DNA from: Candidatus Daviesbacteria bacterium
GTDB taxonomy: Bacteria; Patescibacteriota; Microgenomatia; Daviesbacterales; UBA10151
Direction: 5' to 3'
DNA length: 64,000 nucleotides
NCBI GenBank assembly: GCA_016184225.1
Contig: JACPDA010000005.1
Span: forward strand, 67,590-131,589
In this document: piece after piece, positions 38,978 through 48,552 of the stretch
Layout of the letters: each line of letters starts with the position of its first letter
How positions within the stretch are numbered: the first letter of the stretch is position 1
Translations under genes and position numbers: made by a program
The notes under the pieces: model-generated
What the model was told of the DNA's origin: nothing
Database searches by the model: none
Seen by the model: only the letters and a program-made list of their open reading frames with translations

Positions 38978-40378
38978 ATGAAACTTAAGAATTTCATTTT
39001 TCTTATTGCAACATTCATATCATTTTTGATAGGGGCCCAGGTATCTCCGGCAGTTTTTGGTGCAACGCCCACACAGTATGGCTTTACATTTCCAGTTGGC
39101 GAGCTGAATAACTGTGCAACTGTGGCAGAATGCGGAAATTACTGTGAGAAAGACGGTAATCTTCCGGCGTGCATGGCATTTGTGAAAAAGTACAAAATTA
39201 CCAAAGATGATGTATTAACATTCACTATTGATGAACTGGGTAATTGTCAGATGGGTTCTGATTGCCGCAATTTTTGCAACCGTGACGAAAATATTACCAA
39301 ATGCATTGATTTTGCCGATAAATATGACCTGCTTTCTACCAGCAATCTTGAACTGGCGCAGAAATTTGCCAAAGCAGTTGGTTCCGGAGGTGGGCCGGGG
39401 GGCTGCAGGAGCCTTGAGCAGTGTGACCGCTATTGTGACATAAGTGAACATACCAACGAATGTCTTGACTATGTGGGCAAGAAGGATTTATTACCACGTA
39501 ATGAATTGGCACAAGTTCGCAAAGTGGCAGAGGGTTTTAGACAGGGAATAGAAACCCCGGGTAAGTGTCGTGATTACACGGAGTGCAATGTTTATTGTAC
39601 TGATTCTAGCCACTCTAACGAGTGCGGAGTTTATGCTGTAAAGGTTGGTTTTATCACAACCGAGGAGGCAGAACAGGCCAAAAAATATGGCGGAACCGGT
39701 CCTGGAGGTTGTAAATCAGAGCAAGAATGTAGCGCTTTTTGTCAACAGCCATATAATCAGAGAGTCTGCTTAAGTTATGCAAACGAACATAATATAAAAG
39801 TAGATTTTAAAGGACCCGGCGGTTGTAGTGATATTTCATCCTGCACATCTTACTGTACTAAAAGTAAGTCTGATCCAGAGTGTCAAAAGTACGCTAGTCA
39901 ATACCAAGGATTTAAAGGGCCTGGCGGGTGTGAGGATGAAGCCTCCTGCAAAACTTATTGTCAGGCTAATCCTGCTGATGCGGAATGTAAACAATATGCC
40001 GGTCAATATGGCGGATTTTCCGGACCTGGAGGGTGTAGTGATGTAGGATCTTGTACTGCCTATTGTAAAGATCACTATCAAGATCAAGAATGTCAAAAAT
40101 ACTCAAGCCAGTATGGTGGAGGATTTTCCGGGCCTGGCGGGTGTAATTCAGAAAGCTCATGTAAAGCTTACTGCACTGCCAACTCTGGGGATGCAGCCTG
40201 TAAACAATATGCCGGTCAATATGGCGGATTTTCCGGACCTGGTGGGTGTACGGATGAGGCTTCTTGTACCTCTTACTGTAAGTCAAACCCCAAAGATTCA
40301 GCTTGTGCCCCATATGTTGGCCAGTATAAAGATCAATACCAACAGCAAAATCAGCAACAACAACCTCAACCACAATAG
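38978..40378 (+). CDS. Secreted cysteine-rich tandem-module protein (about 10 modules of GPGGC-x5-C-x3-C-x8-C…QYGGF, Q-rich tail)
   Basis: Signal peptide; about 30-aa modules with 4 Cys each repeated head-to-tail, ending QQQNQQQQPQPQ. Confidence 0.6.
   Translation: MKLKNFIFLIATFISFLIGAQVSPAVFGATPTQYGFTFPVGELNNCATVAECGNYCEKDGNLPACMAFVKKYKITKDDVLTFTIDELGNCQMGSDCRNFCNRDENITKCIDFADKYDLLSTSNLELAQKFAKAVGSGGGPGGCRSLEQCDRYCDISEHTNECLDYVGKKDLLPRNELAQVRKVAEGFRQGIETPGKCRDYTECNVYCTDSSHSNECGVYAVKVGFITTEEAEQAKKYGGTGPGGCKSEQECSAFCQQPYNQRVCLSYANEHNIKVDFKGPGGCSDISSCTSYCTKSKSDPECQKYASQYQGFKGPGGCEDEASCKTYCQANPADAECKQYAGQYGGFSGPGGCSDVGSCTAYCKDHYQDQECQKYSSQYGGGFSGPGGCNSESSCKAYCTANSGDAACKQYAGQYGGFSGPGGCTDEASCTSYCKSNPKDSACAPYVGQYKDQYQQQNQQQQPQPQ
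39380..40335 (+). repeat. Tandem roughly 90-bp coding repeats inside the Cys-rich protein gene
   Basis: Recurrent ggacctggnggntg…caatatggcggattttccgg blocks seen directly. Confidence 0.6.
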
Positions 40379-40404
40379 TTAATTTCCTGCTATAATTTCC
40401 AAAT

Positions 40405-41529
40405 ATGAGCTTGAAAGTAGGAATAGTTGGACTTCCAAACGTTGGGAAATCAACTCTGTTCAATGCGTTATTAAAAAAGAGAGTTGCATTATCTGCAAAT
40501 TATCCATTTGCTACTGTTGAACCAAATGTCGGGGTGGTGGCTGTTCCGGACGGCAGATTACAAGTGCTAAGTGAGTTAGTGCAAAGGGAAGAGTCAAAGG
40601 AAAACCCGCCGCCGATTGTGCCGGCGGTTGTTGAATTCGTGGATATTGCCGGGTTGGTTAAGGGGGCTTCTACCGGAGCAGGGTTGGGAAACCAGTTCCT
40701 GTCCCATATCCGTGAAGTTGATGCCATTGTCCATGTGCTGCGGGATTTTGAGGATGCCAGTATTATTAGGGAGGGATCTGAAAATCCTGATTCGGATAAA
40801 TTGACTGTTGAAACAGAGTTAGGGTTGGCAGATCTACAAGTAATAGACAAACTGATTGATAATTTGAAGAAGGAAGCAAAACCGGTACCAAATTTACGCA
40901 ATAGCGAAAAAATGGTACCGATTTTGGAAGAGATTAAACGAAATCTTGAGCAAGGAGAGGTAACCAGTAAACTTGAATTGGAAGACCGAGACCTCAAAAA
41001 ATGGTTCGAGACGCTACCGCTGCTGACCATCAAGCCGGTTTTGTATGTCTACAATGTGGATGAGGCAAGGTTACAGGCCTTCGGCTCTGAGGCTCAGGCT
41101 CGAAGAGTTACAGGGGACAGTGGACAGGAAAATTCACTCACAATCTGTGCCAAATTGGAGGAAGAATTAGCAGATCTGGATGAGGCAGAGCGGCTGGAAT
41201 ATCTTAAATCTGTGGGTGTTGAGCAAACAGGACTGGAGCGGCTGATTAAAAAAGCTTACAGTCTTTTGGGTCTAATTTCCTTTTTAACTGCCGGGGTAAA
41301 GGAGGTCAGGGCCTGGACTATTAAGAAAGGAACTCTGGCTCCCCAAGCTGCCGGAGTAATCCACACTGATTTTGAGAGAAAGTTTATCCGGGCTCAGGTG
41401 ATTGAATATGAAAAGTTAATTGAGGCCGGATCTTATGGTCTGGCCAAGCAAAAAGGCTGGATTAGGACTGAAGGGAAGGATTATGAGGTTGAGGATGGTG
41501 ATGTAGTAGAATTTTTAGTAGGCAGTTAG
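40405..41529 (+). CDS. ychF: Ribosome-binding ATPase YchF (Obg family) with TGS domain
   Basis: G1 motif (GLPNVGKST) and a C-terminal TGS domain. Confidence 0.85.
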   Translation: MSLKVGIVGLPNVGKSTLFNALLKKRVALSANYPFATVEPNVGVVAVPDGRLQVLSELVQREESKENPPPIVPAVVEFVDIAGLVKGASTGAGLGNQFLSHIREVDAIVHVLRDFEDASIIREGSENPDSDKLTVETELGLADLQVIDKLIDNLKKEAKPVPNLRNSEKMVPILEEIKRNLEQGEVTSKLELEDRDLKKWFETLPLLTIKPVLYVYNVDEARLQAFGSEAQARRVTGDSGQENSLTICAKLEEELADLDEAERLEYLKSVGVEQTGLERLIKKAYSLLGLISFLTAGVKEVRAWTIKKGTLAPQAAGVIHTDFERKFIRAQVIEYEKLIEAGSYGLAKQKGWIRTEGKDYEVEDGDVVEFLVGS

Positions 41530-41568
41530 TTTGAAAATACTATAGGTATATAGTAGAATACTACAAAT

Positions 41569-42693
41569 ATGGCAATTGAAATAGATCCATTAGCTTATTT
41601 TAAAGCACTTGGAGAGAGATTTAGCGGGGAGAATTTACTTTCTAGAAGAACTAGGGCAGAACCGGATACAGAATCTAAGGAGATTGTTGATCCGTTGCAG
41701 ACTATTGCCGGCCTTCAAAAAAAAGCAGGTATTATGGTTAAGATGATTGAATCCGGTGAAGTTGAGCAACCTTATATTGAGGAAACGCGTAAGTGGTTTA
41801 GGTTATATGTTAGCAATCTTGTATGGGATGGAGGAGTAGAAGGATTGGATAACTTACAACGTGCCATAACTCAAGCTAGAAGTGAAAAGAAGAGGTTAGT
41901 TTTTACCCCTTCCCATTTGGCTGATGCTGACCATCCAATAGCAACCTACCTGATGGAGTATGAAGGCCGAGGTCTGGGGGTGCAGGATGAATTAGTTTGG
42001 ATGGCAGGAGTTAATATGTTGAGACGCCCGAAAATTGAGAGATATATGCGGGCAGAGAATCTTCTTTATAATGTGACACCCCGCGATACGGATCACCTCC
42101 AAGAGTTGAAAGATCATAAATACAATCTTGATGAGTCACAAATAGATACATTAGAAGAGATTAAAAAGATATTTAATAGAATGAATTTTGCGGCAATGAG
42201 AAGACTTGTAGAAACTTGTATTAAAGGGAAGAATCCTTTAGTAGTTTATATTGAAGGGGGGAGGTCTTATGATCCTGATGGTTTTCTTTATCCTCCTTTA
42301 CTACACTTCTCTGGATTTTTCCCTAAAGATGACAGTGTTATTGTTGTTCCTTACAGAGTTTATGGATCAAGGGAATTAAATCCACCTGGCAAAGAACCTC
42401 CATTCCTAAGAAAAGAACTAATACCAGGGTTTAGACAAAGGGTTAGTATGATAGTCGGCGAATCTTATCCGTCTTCTGAAATTTGGGAGGTTCAGAAACA
42501 AAGAGAAGCAGAAGCTACAGTGGTGGATGGAAAGAAAGTTGAAATAAATCCAATGGATTGGGTAATGGCAAATATTGCCAACCTTGATCCATCGTATGTA
42601 AGACCGGAAGAGCAACGTTATTATGGGGATCTTATGAAGAGGTTTGCTCCTTTGCGCAATAGAATAGTGATCCCGGATGAAGTAGCCACATAA
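41569..42693 (+). CDS. PlsC/GPAT-family acyltransferase-like protein
   Basis: HX4D motif (HLADAD) and a second block YIEGGRS (cf. FPEGTRS). Confidence 0.5.
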   Translation: MAIEIDPLAYFKALGERFSGENLLSRRTRAEPDTESKEIVDPLQTIAGLQKKAGIMVKMIESGEVEQPYIEETRKWFRLYVSNLVWDGGVEGLDNLQRAITQARSEKKRLVFTPSHLADADHPIATYLMEYEGRGLGVQDELVWMAGVNMLRRPKIERYMRAENLLYNVTPRDTDHLQELKDHKYNLDESQIDTLEEIKKIFNRMNFAAMRRLVETCIKGKNPLVVYIEGGRSYDPDGFLYPPLLHFSGFFPKDDSVIVVPYRVYGSRELNPPGKEPPFLRKELIPGFRQRVSMIVGESYPSSEIWEVQKQREAEATVVDGKKVEINPMDWVMANIANLDPSYVRPEEQRYYGDLMKRFAPLRNRIVIPDEVAT

Positions 42694-42734
42694 GCTATTG
42701 AATTATCCGAACCTTCCTAGTACAATTACCCGAG

Positions 42735-43016
42735 ATGAATTCATATTATTTAACTTTAGTTTTAAGACCTGATTTGGAAGAAAAAGAGAGAAAGGTACTC
42801 CTAGATTCCATTAGCAAAAAGGTCAGTGGAACTGAAGGCAAGATTGAAAAGGAAGACCTTTGGGGGGTACGTACTTTAACCTATCCAATTAAGAGAAATA
42901 CCTCGGGTTACTTTGCCCACTTTGAAATCTCCGGCGATCCAAAGAATGTAAAAGGTCTTGACAAAAGTTTGAAAGTAGAAGAAGATATCTTACGTTATCT
43001 TCTAATTCGAAAATAG
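42735..43016 (+). CDS. rpsF: 30S ribosomal protein S6
   Basis: 93 aa with S6-like sequence and the S6-ssb-S18 gene order. Confidence 0.85.
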   Translation: MNSYYLTLVLRPDLEEKERKVLLDSISKKVSGTEGKIEKEDLWGVRTLTYPIKRNTSGYFAHFEISGDPKNVKGLDKSLKVEEDILRYLLIRK

Positions 43017-43020
43017 AAAA

Positions 43021-43581
43021 ATGGCCTCAAGATCTTGGAATAGAGTAGAACTAATAGGTAATTTAACCAGGGACCCGGAACTTCGATATACCCCTAATGG
43101 TGCTGCTGTTTGTACTTTTGGCATGGCCACCAACCGCACTTATGTGACTGAGGGCGAGAGAAAAGAAGAAGCAGATTTTCACAGATTAGTGGCCTGGAAT
43201 AAACTGGCTGAACTTTGTAATCAACTTTTGAAAAAGGGCAACCGGGTTTTTGTTTCCGGAAGGCTGCAGACCCGGTCCTGGGAAGGCCAAGATGGTCAAA
43301 CCAGAAACGTTACGGAGATTGTGATAGAGGATATGATTTTGCTGACTCCTAAAAGTAACGGAGATTATACACCGGTACCGGAAGATGTGGGGGTAGAGCC
43401 GGTTAAAGTAAAAGAGTCGAAGGAGTCAGAGGAGCCGGAAGAATCAAAGGCAGAGAAAAAGACAGAAATTCAAAAAGAAGAGCCTAAAGAAAAAGAAGAA
43501 CCAAAGACAGAATCCTTCGACTCCGCTCAGGACAAGAAAGCCGCCCCCAAAGAAGAAGTAGAGGATGATCTTCCATTCTAA
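43021..43581 (+). CDS. ssb: Single-stranded DNA-binding protein
   Basis: OB fold (VELIGNLTRDPELRYTPNGAAV) and an acidic tail ending DDLPF. The tail includes a dispersed-repeat core (ESFDSAQDK). Confidence 0.9.
   Translation: MASRSWNRVELIGNLTRDPELRYTPNGAAVCTFGMATNRTYVTEGERKEEADFHRLVAWNKLAELCNQLLKKGNRVFVSGRLQTRSWEGQDGQTRNVTEIVIEDMILLTPKSNGDYTPVPEDVGVEPVKVKESKESEEPEESKAEKKTEIQKEEPKEKEEPKTESFDSAQDKKAAPKEEVEDDLPF
43514..43533. repeat. Family 1 core in-frame in the ssb C-terminal tail
   Basis: tccttcgactccgctcagga, translated SFDSAQD. Confidence 0.6.
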
Positions 43582-43705
43582 TTTTTTGGACTAATTCGGT
43601 ATGTGCCTTGGACTGTTATAGAGAACATCTGCCGAATTGTCCACTACGACCTTAATCCCGCAATCTATTGATGTAAAAGAGAATTTAATATATAATCTTA
43701 CGATT

Positions 43706-44014
43706 ATGGCCGAGAAAAAAATCACCAGAAAAGTAATATCCAAAGCTCCTTCGGAAGAAGTAGCAAAGGAAGAGGCAATAAATGTATCAAAGACAGAGGA
43801 GGCAGGCAGGCCTAAAAGGGTTTGCTTTTTTTGTAATGGCAAAACAAGTCCTTCTTATACAGACATCAATACTCTGCGCCGTTTTACAACAGATAGAGCT
43901 AAGATTGTAGCCCGGGCAAAAAGTAATCTTTGTAGCAGTCACCAGCGGGCGGTTACAAGACAGATCAAATATGCCCGCCATCTGGCCCTGCTTCCTTTTG
44001 TACCCAAGGTTTAG
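43706..44014 (+). CDS. rpsR: 30S ribosomal protein S18
   Basis: S18 core (FCNGKTSPSYTDINTLRRFTTDRAKI); start moved to MAEKK. Confidence 0.85.
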   Translation: MAEKKITRKVISKAPSEEVAKEEAINVSKTEEAGRPKRVCFFCNGKTSPSYTDINTLRRFTTDRAKIVARAKSNLCSSHQRAVTRQIKYARHLALLPFVPKV

Positions 44015-44017
44015 TAC

Positions 44018-44097
44018 TATAGAATAGTGACTAGTCGCTAGAGTCTAGAGTCAAGTAATTATTTTCTAGACTCTAGATTCTAGACACTTGACTCTAA
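44018..44097. repeat. Intergenic repeat family 4 (ATAGTGACTAG…GAGTCAAG…TCTAGACTCTAGA…ACTCTA), copy A after rpsR
   Basis: About 80 bp, partly palindromic and rich in tctaga/gagtc. Confidence 0.6.
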
Positions 44098-44099
44098 CT

Positions 44100-44768
44100 A
44101 TGCCCAAACTGCCCGGACTTTTTGACAGCTTTGATAACCTGGATCAAATTTCACCGGAGGATATAGCTCTAGGTTTAAAACCCATACCCCAAGCTAACCT
44201 CTTAGAAAATTACCTGGGAAATAGGATTTTATACCCGGGGACTCTTCCTTTAACCGAGCAGGATATGAAAATAGACTTAAGTATTCTGCGGGAGGCCTTA
44301 AAACAAACCAATCCAAAACCTCCACACCAGAAGCTGAATGCTTTACTTGGGGATAACCCTTTTCTCAATACGACACTTAGGAAAGTACTTATACCTGTAA
44401 GATTCCTTGATTTCGTTCCGGATCTTAAGAGTTTAGTGCTTACTTTCATTGATGCGCTGCTTTTGGGACGCGAAAGACAAGACTTTTTTGAGGATTTATG
44501 GACCATTGTTTTAACCGATGATATTGATGAGGTAGCCGGTTCACTGCTTCTGCCGCAATTTGATGGTAGCAGCGGAGTAATGAATCTAAGGTTACAGGGA
44601 GAGAGATACGAGATTAATCAGGGAAGCTTCAAGATTATATCTTGTCCGAAAGAGCGGTGCGAGATAGCGTATAAGCTTCAAAAAGGCCGGATGCTGGGAA
44701 AACAAGAGAGTGCAGTTGAAATTTATGGAGGAAAGCTAGGGTTGGTGGTTGACGGGAGATCAGTATGA
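44100..44768 (+). CDS. Hypothetical protein (about 222 aa)
   Basis: ORF translationally coupled to the next gene. Confidence 0.4.
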   Translation: MPKLPGLFDSFDNLDQISPEDIALGLKPIPQANLLENYLGNRILYPGTLPLTEQDMKIDLSILREALKQTNPKPPHQKLNALLGDNPFLNTTLRKVLIPVRFLDFVPDLKSLVLTFIDALLLGRERQDFFEDLWTIVLTDDIDEVAGSLLLPQFDGSSGVMNLRLQGERYEINQGSFKIISCPKERCEIAYKLQKGRMLGKQESAVEIYGGKLGLVVDGRSV

Positions 44769-45907
44769 AGCATTTTGCTCCTGCAAGAATGCGGGTAGAA
44801 AGGGATGTAGTCACCAGGGTGACAAGGGTTTTGAAGGGGAAAGGCAAACTTAATATAAACGTAGGCCAGCAAGTTACACCACCGGAAATTATAGGCGAGG
44901 CCAGGATTTCTTCCGGATTTAGGACCTTAAATCTTTCCGAGTTGCTTTCTGTTTCCCCCCGTGATGTTGACAAGTTCCTTGTCGGAAAGCTGCATCAGCG
45001 AATATATAAAGGCGAGCTTTTGGCTTTTAAAAAAGAATGGCTCGGCGGTAAAAAGGTGGTAACGGCACCTACGGATGGCGTGTTAGATTTTTTAAATACA
45101 GAAACCGGGGAGCTTAAGATTGCCTTCCTGCCGAAAAATGCCAAACTGCCCGCAGGGGTTTACGGAATCGTGGAGGAGGTTGACGAAGAGCGGGGGCAAG
45201 CGGTAATCCGGACCGAAGTTACCAGGATATACGGCATGTTTGGTTCAGGGCATAGTCGTGACGGCACCTTGCATATTTTAAGGAAAAACGATGACTTAAT
45301 TGGAAAAAGCGAAATACAAACAGGCTACGAGGGGTATGTGCTGGTTGGGGGCAGTTTATTTTTTAAAGATACAATTTCAGCCGCTATCTCAGACGGGGTC
45401 AGCGGCATTATTATAGGGGGAATAGATGCCGGAGATTACAGAGGAATGGCCGGCGGGCGTTTAGTCTTTCCCAGAAAACTGGATAATGATATAGGCATCT
45501 CGGTTGTAGTTTGTGAGGGATTTGGTTCAATACCTATAGGTGATGATATTTTTAAAGTTTTATCTGAATATGATGGGAAATTTGTTTTTATTGATGGGAA
45601 TAAAGCAGTTGTTAGCCTTCCTTCACCGCACTCATCCAGTCTGGTAAGGATCAAAAATACTAAGTTGCCAAGTTTGCAATCTTTCGGCTTAAAAATAGGG
45701 AGGGAGCGTGAAGAAGCCTTAGAGCTAAAAATTGGCTTAAGGGTGAGGGTAGTGGGCAACTCTTATCAAGGGGAACAGGGGAAACTGGTAGCAATTGATG
45801 ACTCTTTGACACTTTTGCCATCCGGCCTCCGTACCTACCTTGCTACAATAGAGACAGCAAGGAGAAAACTTCAGATCCCAGTTGCTAATCTGGAAATAAT
45901 AGGGTAA
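44765..45907 (+). CDS. Hypothetical protein with a C-terminal KOW-like segment (380 aa)
   Basis: 4-nt overlap with the upstream ORF; C-terminal RVRVVGNSYQGEQGKLVAID. Confidence 0.4.
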   Translation: MKHFAPARMRVERDVVTRVTRVLKGKGKLNINVGQQVTPPEIIGEARISSGFRTLNLSELLSVSPRDVDKFLVGKLHQRIYKGELLAFKKEWLGGKKVVTAPTDGVLDFLNTETGELKIAFLPKNAKLPAGVYGIVEEVDEERGQAVIRTEVTRIYGMFGSGHSRDGTLHILRKNDDLIGKSEIQTGYEGYVLVGGSLFFKDTISAAISDGVSGIIIGGIDAGDYRGMAGGRLVFPRKLDNDIGISVVVCEGFGSIPIGDDIFKVLSEYDGKFVFIDGNKAVVSLPSPHSSSLVRIKNTKLPSLQSFGLKIGREREEALELKIGLRVRVVGNSYQGEQGKLVAIDDSLTLLPSGLRTYLATIETARRKLQIPVANLEIIG

Positions 45908-45919
45908 AGTTTACTTTTT

Positions 45920-47140
45920 ATGAGAGTTTTCTTTCAAAATATCAACGCAAAGTTAGTTCTAATCGTAATACTTTCTTTCCTGTTGGGCTGGCAGGTAGCC
46001 CATCGGGAAGTGCAAATCAGATGGGCTACTTACAAGCCTACTGTTTCGGTAAAAAATAAAATTCCCCCTGAGAATATTAAGGTGGATTTCAAATTATTTT
46101 GGGATACATGGGACCTGCTATCCCGTTCTTACTTCGATAAGAAGACCATTGATCCTAATAAGTTATTTTACGGGGCTATTTCAGGCATGGTCGCTGCTTT
46201 GGGAGACCCTTATACGGTATTTTTGCCACCGGAACAACAAAAGTTCTCCCAGGATGAGTTAAACGGCAGTTTTGAGGGTGTAGGTATTCAACTTGGATTC
46301 AATAAGGATAAAAGACTGGTAGTGATAGCTCCGCTTTCAGGAACTCCTGCAGAAAAAGCCGGAATTAAACCGGAGGATGAGATTGTCAAAATTGAAGATA
46401 AAGATACTACCAATATGACGCTTCCGGAGGCAGTGGGATTAATAAGAGGTGCTAAAGGGACACAAGTTACGTTGACCATTTTTAGGGAAGGAGATTCGGA
46501 TACAAGAGAGATTAGTCTGATGCGGGATACCATTATTGTCAAAAGCGTGGAAGTTTCTTTCAAAAATACCCAGTCGGATAAAAAGGTGGCAGTGGTGAAG
46601 CTGTCGAGGTTTGGGGAAAGAACCCAGGATGAGTGGAATAAAGCAGTTAACAGCCTGATTTTAGCTAATTCAAAGGCTTTGGTTTTGGACTTAAGGAATA
46701 ATCCCGGCGGGTTTTTGGAGGGGGCCGTATTTATTGCATCGGAATTTTTAGAAGGAGAAGAGGTAGTTTTACAAGAAAATAGTGACGGGGAAAGAGCTTC
46801 TTTTAAAGTTACGAGAGCAGGAAAGTTGACGGAAATTCCGCTTGTGGTATTGATTAATAAAGGTTCTGCCTCTGCCTCAGAGATTGTGGCAGGTGCGCTG
46901 CAGGATAGAAGAAGAGGTCAACTGGTGGGAGAAAAATCATTTGGCAAAGGCACCATTCAGGAAGCACAAAATCTCTCGGGCGGAACAGGGATCCATATTA
47001 CTGTGGCAAAGTGGTTGACCCCCAGCGGCAGATGGGTTAATGATACTCAAGGTTTTGAACCTGATGTTAAAATAGAAGGCGACAAAGATGATGTAACTAA
47101 AGATCCACAGTTGGATAAGGCAATGGAACTGCTGGAGTGA
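45920..47140 (+). CDS. ctpA: Carboxyl-terminal processing protease (S41) with PDZ
   Basis: PDZ domain plus S41 catalytic blocks (NNPGG; GSASASEIVAGALQD). Confidence 0.85.
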   Translation: MRVFFQNINAKLVLIVILSFLLGWQVAHREVQIRWATYKPTVSVKNKIPPENIKVDFKLFWDTWDLLSRSYFDKKTIDPNKLFYGAISGMVAALGDPYTVFLPPEQQKFSQDELNGSFEGVGIQLGFNKDKRLVVIAPLSGTPAEKAGIKPEDEIVKIEDKDTTNMTLPEAVGLIRGAKGTQVTLTIFREGDSDTREISLMRDTIIVKSVEVSFKNTQSDKKVAVVKLSRFGERTQDEWNKAVNSLILANSKALVLDLRNNPGGFLEGAVFIASEFLEGEEVVLQENSDGERASFKVTRAGKLTEIPLVVLINKGSASASEIVAGALQDRRRGQLVGEKSFGKGTIQEAQNLSGGTGIHITVAKWLTPSGRWVNDTQGFEPDVKIEGDKDDVTKDPQLDKAMELLE

Positions 47141-47146
47141 AACGCT

Positions 47147-48271
47147 ATGGATAATTCGAAATTACCAAAACTTAATACTGCCGGCATAGTTGTAGCGATA
47201 CTGCTGGGAGTAGTGGTGGCTGTAGGGGTGTATCAAGCTCAAGCGAGGGGTTTGATACCAGCATTTCCTGGGAACTTCCCTAAACTGGAAACCAGGGAAA
47301 CTAGGACAGTTATCCAAGAAGAGAATGCAGTTGTTTCCACAGTTGAAAAAGTCTCCCCTTCTGTGGTGGCAATTGGCGCCACTATCAGAACTTTTAATCC
47401 TTTTGATCCTTTTTCGCTGCCACGGAGCCAAAATAGTACTATCGGTACAGGTTTTGTTGTATCAGAGAAAGGGATTATTGTAACCAATAAGCATGTGGTG
47501 GATGATCCTGATATTAAATACAATGTAGTTACAAAAGACGGTCAAAAGTATGAAATCAGGAAAATTTACCGGGATCCGGTTTTGGACTTGGCGATTGTCC
47601 AAGTGGATGCAGGCGACTTAAAGGCTTTGGAGCTTGGCGATTCTTCCAAGCTTAAGGTTGGTCAAACAGTCATAGCTATTGGGAATGCTTTGGGCAGGCT
47701 TACCAACACTGTTACAACAGGTGTTGTATCAGGAGTGGGCAGAAGGGTAGTGACCGGGGATCCTTTCTCGGGAACAGCCGAGAGTTTAGATGATTTGATC
47801 CAAACAGATGCGGCTATTAATCCGGGTAATTCGGGAGGGCCGCTTTTAAATTCCGCCGGTCAGGTGATTGGAGTGAATGTTGCTGTGACAGAGGGGGCGC
47901 AAAATATCGGCTTTGCCATCCCGATCAATTCGGTGAAGAAAATTACCGATGAATTTATCCAAACAGGCTCAGTTTCCCGGCCATTTTTGGGTATTTCTTA
48001 CAGGTTTATTTCTAAAGATGTAGCCATTATGAATGAAGTTCCTCAAGGAGCTTATATCCAGGAGGTAGTGGTAAACTCATCTGCCGATAAAGCCGGAATA
48101 AGAGTTGGGGATATTATTACTAAAGTGGACGGCCAATCGGTTGATTCTGAAACCAAAATCTCTCAAGTGATTGGGAGTAAAAAAATGGGGGGTAATTTAA
48201 ATTTGACTGTTTGGAATGACGGAAAAGAAAGAAGTGTAACTGCCACTTTACAAGAGCTGCCAAATCAGTAA
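47147..48271 (+). CDS. htrA: HtrA/DegP-family serine protease with PDZ
   Basis: Trypsin-like H/D/S blocks (TNKHVV; DLAIV; GNSGGPL) and a PDZ domain. Confidence 0.85.
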   Translation: MDNSKLPKLNTAGIVVAILLGVVVAVGVYQAQARGLIPAFPGNFPKLETRETRTVIQEENAVVSTVEKVSPSVVAIGATIRTFNPFDPFSLPRSQNSTIGTGFVVSEKGIIVTNKHVVDDPDIKYNVVTKDGQKYEIRKIYRDPVLDLAIVQVDAGDLKALELGDSSKLKVGQTVIAIGNALGRLTNTVTTGVVSGVGRRVVTGDPFSGTAESLDDLIQTDAAINPGNSGGPLLNSAGQVIGVNVAVTEGAQNIGFAIPINSVKKITDEFIQTGSVSRPFLGISYRFISKDVAIMNEVPQGAYIQEVVVNSSADKAGIRVGDIITKVDGQSVDSETKISQVIGSKKMGGNLNLTVWNDGKERSVTATLQELPNQ

Positions 48272-48300
48272 TAATTCATTTAAAGAAAGGAGGGAAAATA

Positions 48301-48552
48301 ATGGTAACTAAAGAAAATGGGGAAAAATTGGAAAGGGTTATTTCTTTAAAGGAGACATTAGGGGCAGAATTAAATAGAATTAAAAGGGAGAAGGAAATGG
48401 GCGTACCATTGGAAGATTCCTTTGAAAGCTTACTGAGAGTAGTTGAAGTATTAGTTGGGCAGATCAAAGACGAAAATCCATTTGGTCAAATATCGAAGGT
48501 AGACCCACTGAAGCCGCGGGTTGGTGGGTTCATACCGCCGGAACATCATTGA
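48301..48552 (+). CDS. Hypothetical small protein (83 aa)
   Basis: ORF only; its end overlaps prmC on the opposite strand. Confidence 0.25.
   Translation: MVTKENGEKLERVISLKETLGAELNRIKREKEMGVPLEDSFESLLRVVEVLVGQIKDENPFGQISKVDPLKPRVGGFIPPEHH

Noticed and set aside
39380-40335. Regular roughly 90-bp periodic repeats that could be mistaken for a CRISPR-like array
   Set aside because: The units are in-frame coding modules of a Cys-rich secreted protein, imperfect and contiguous, with no spacers and no conserved direct repeat.
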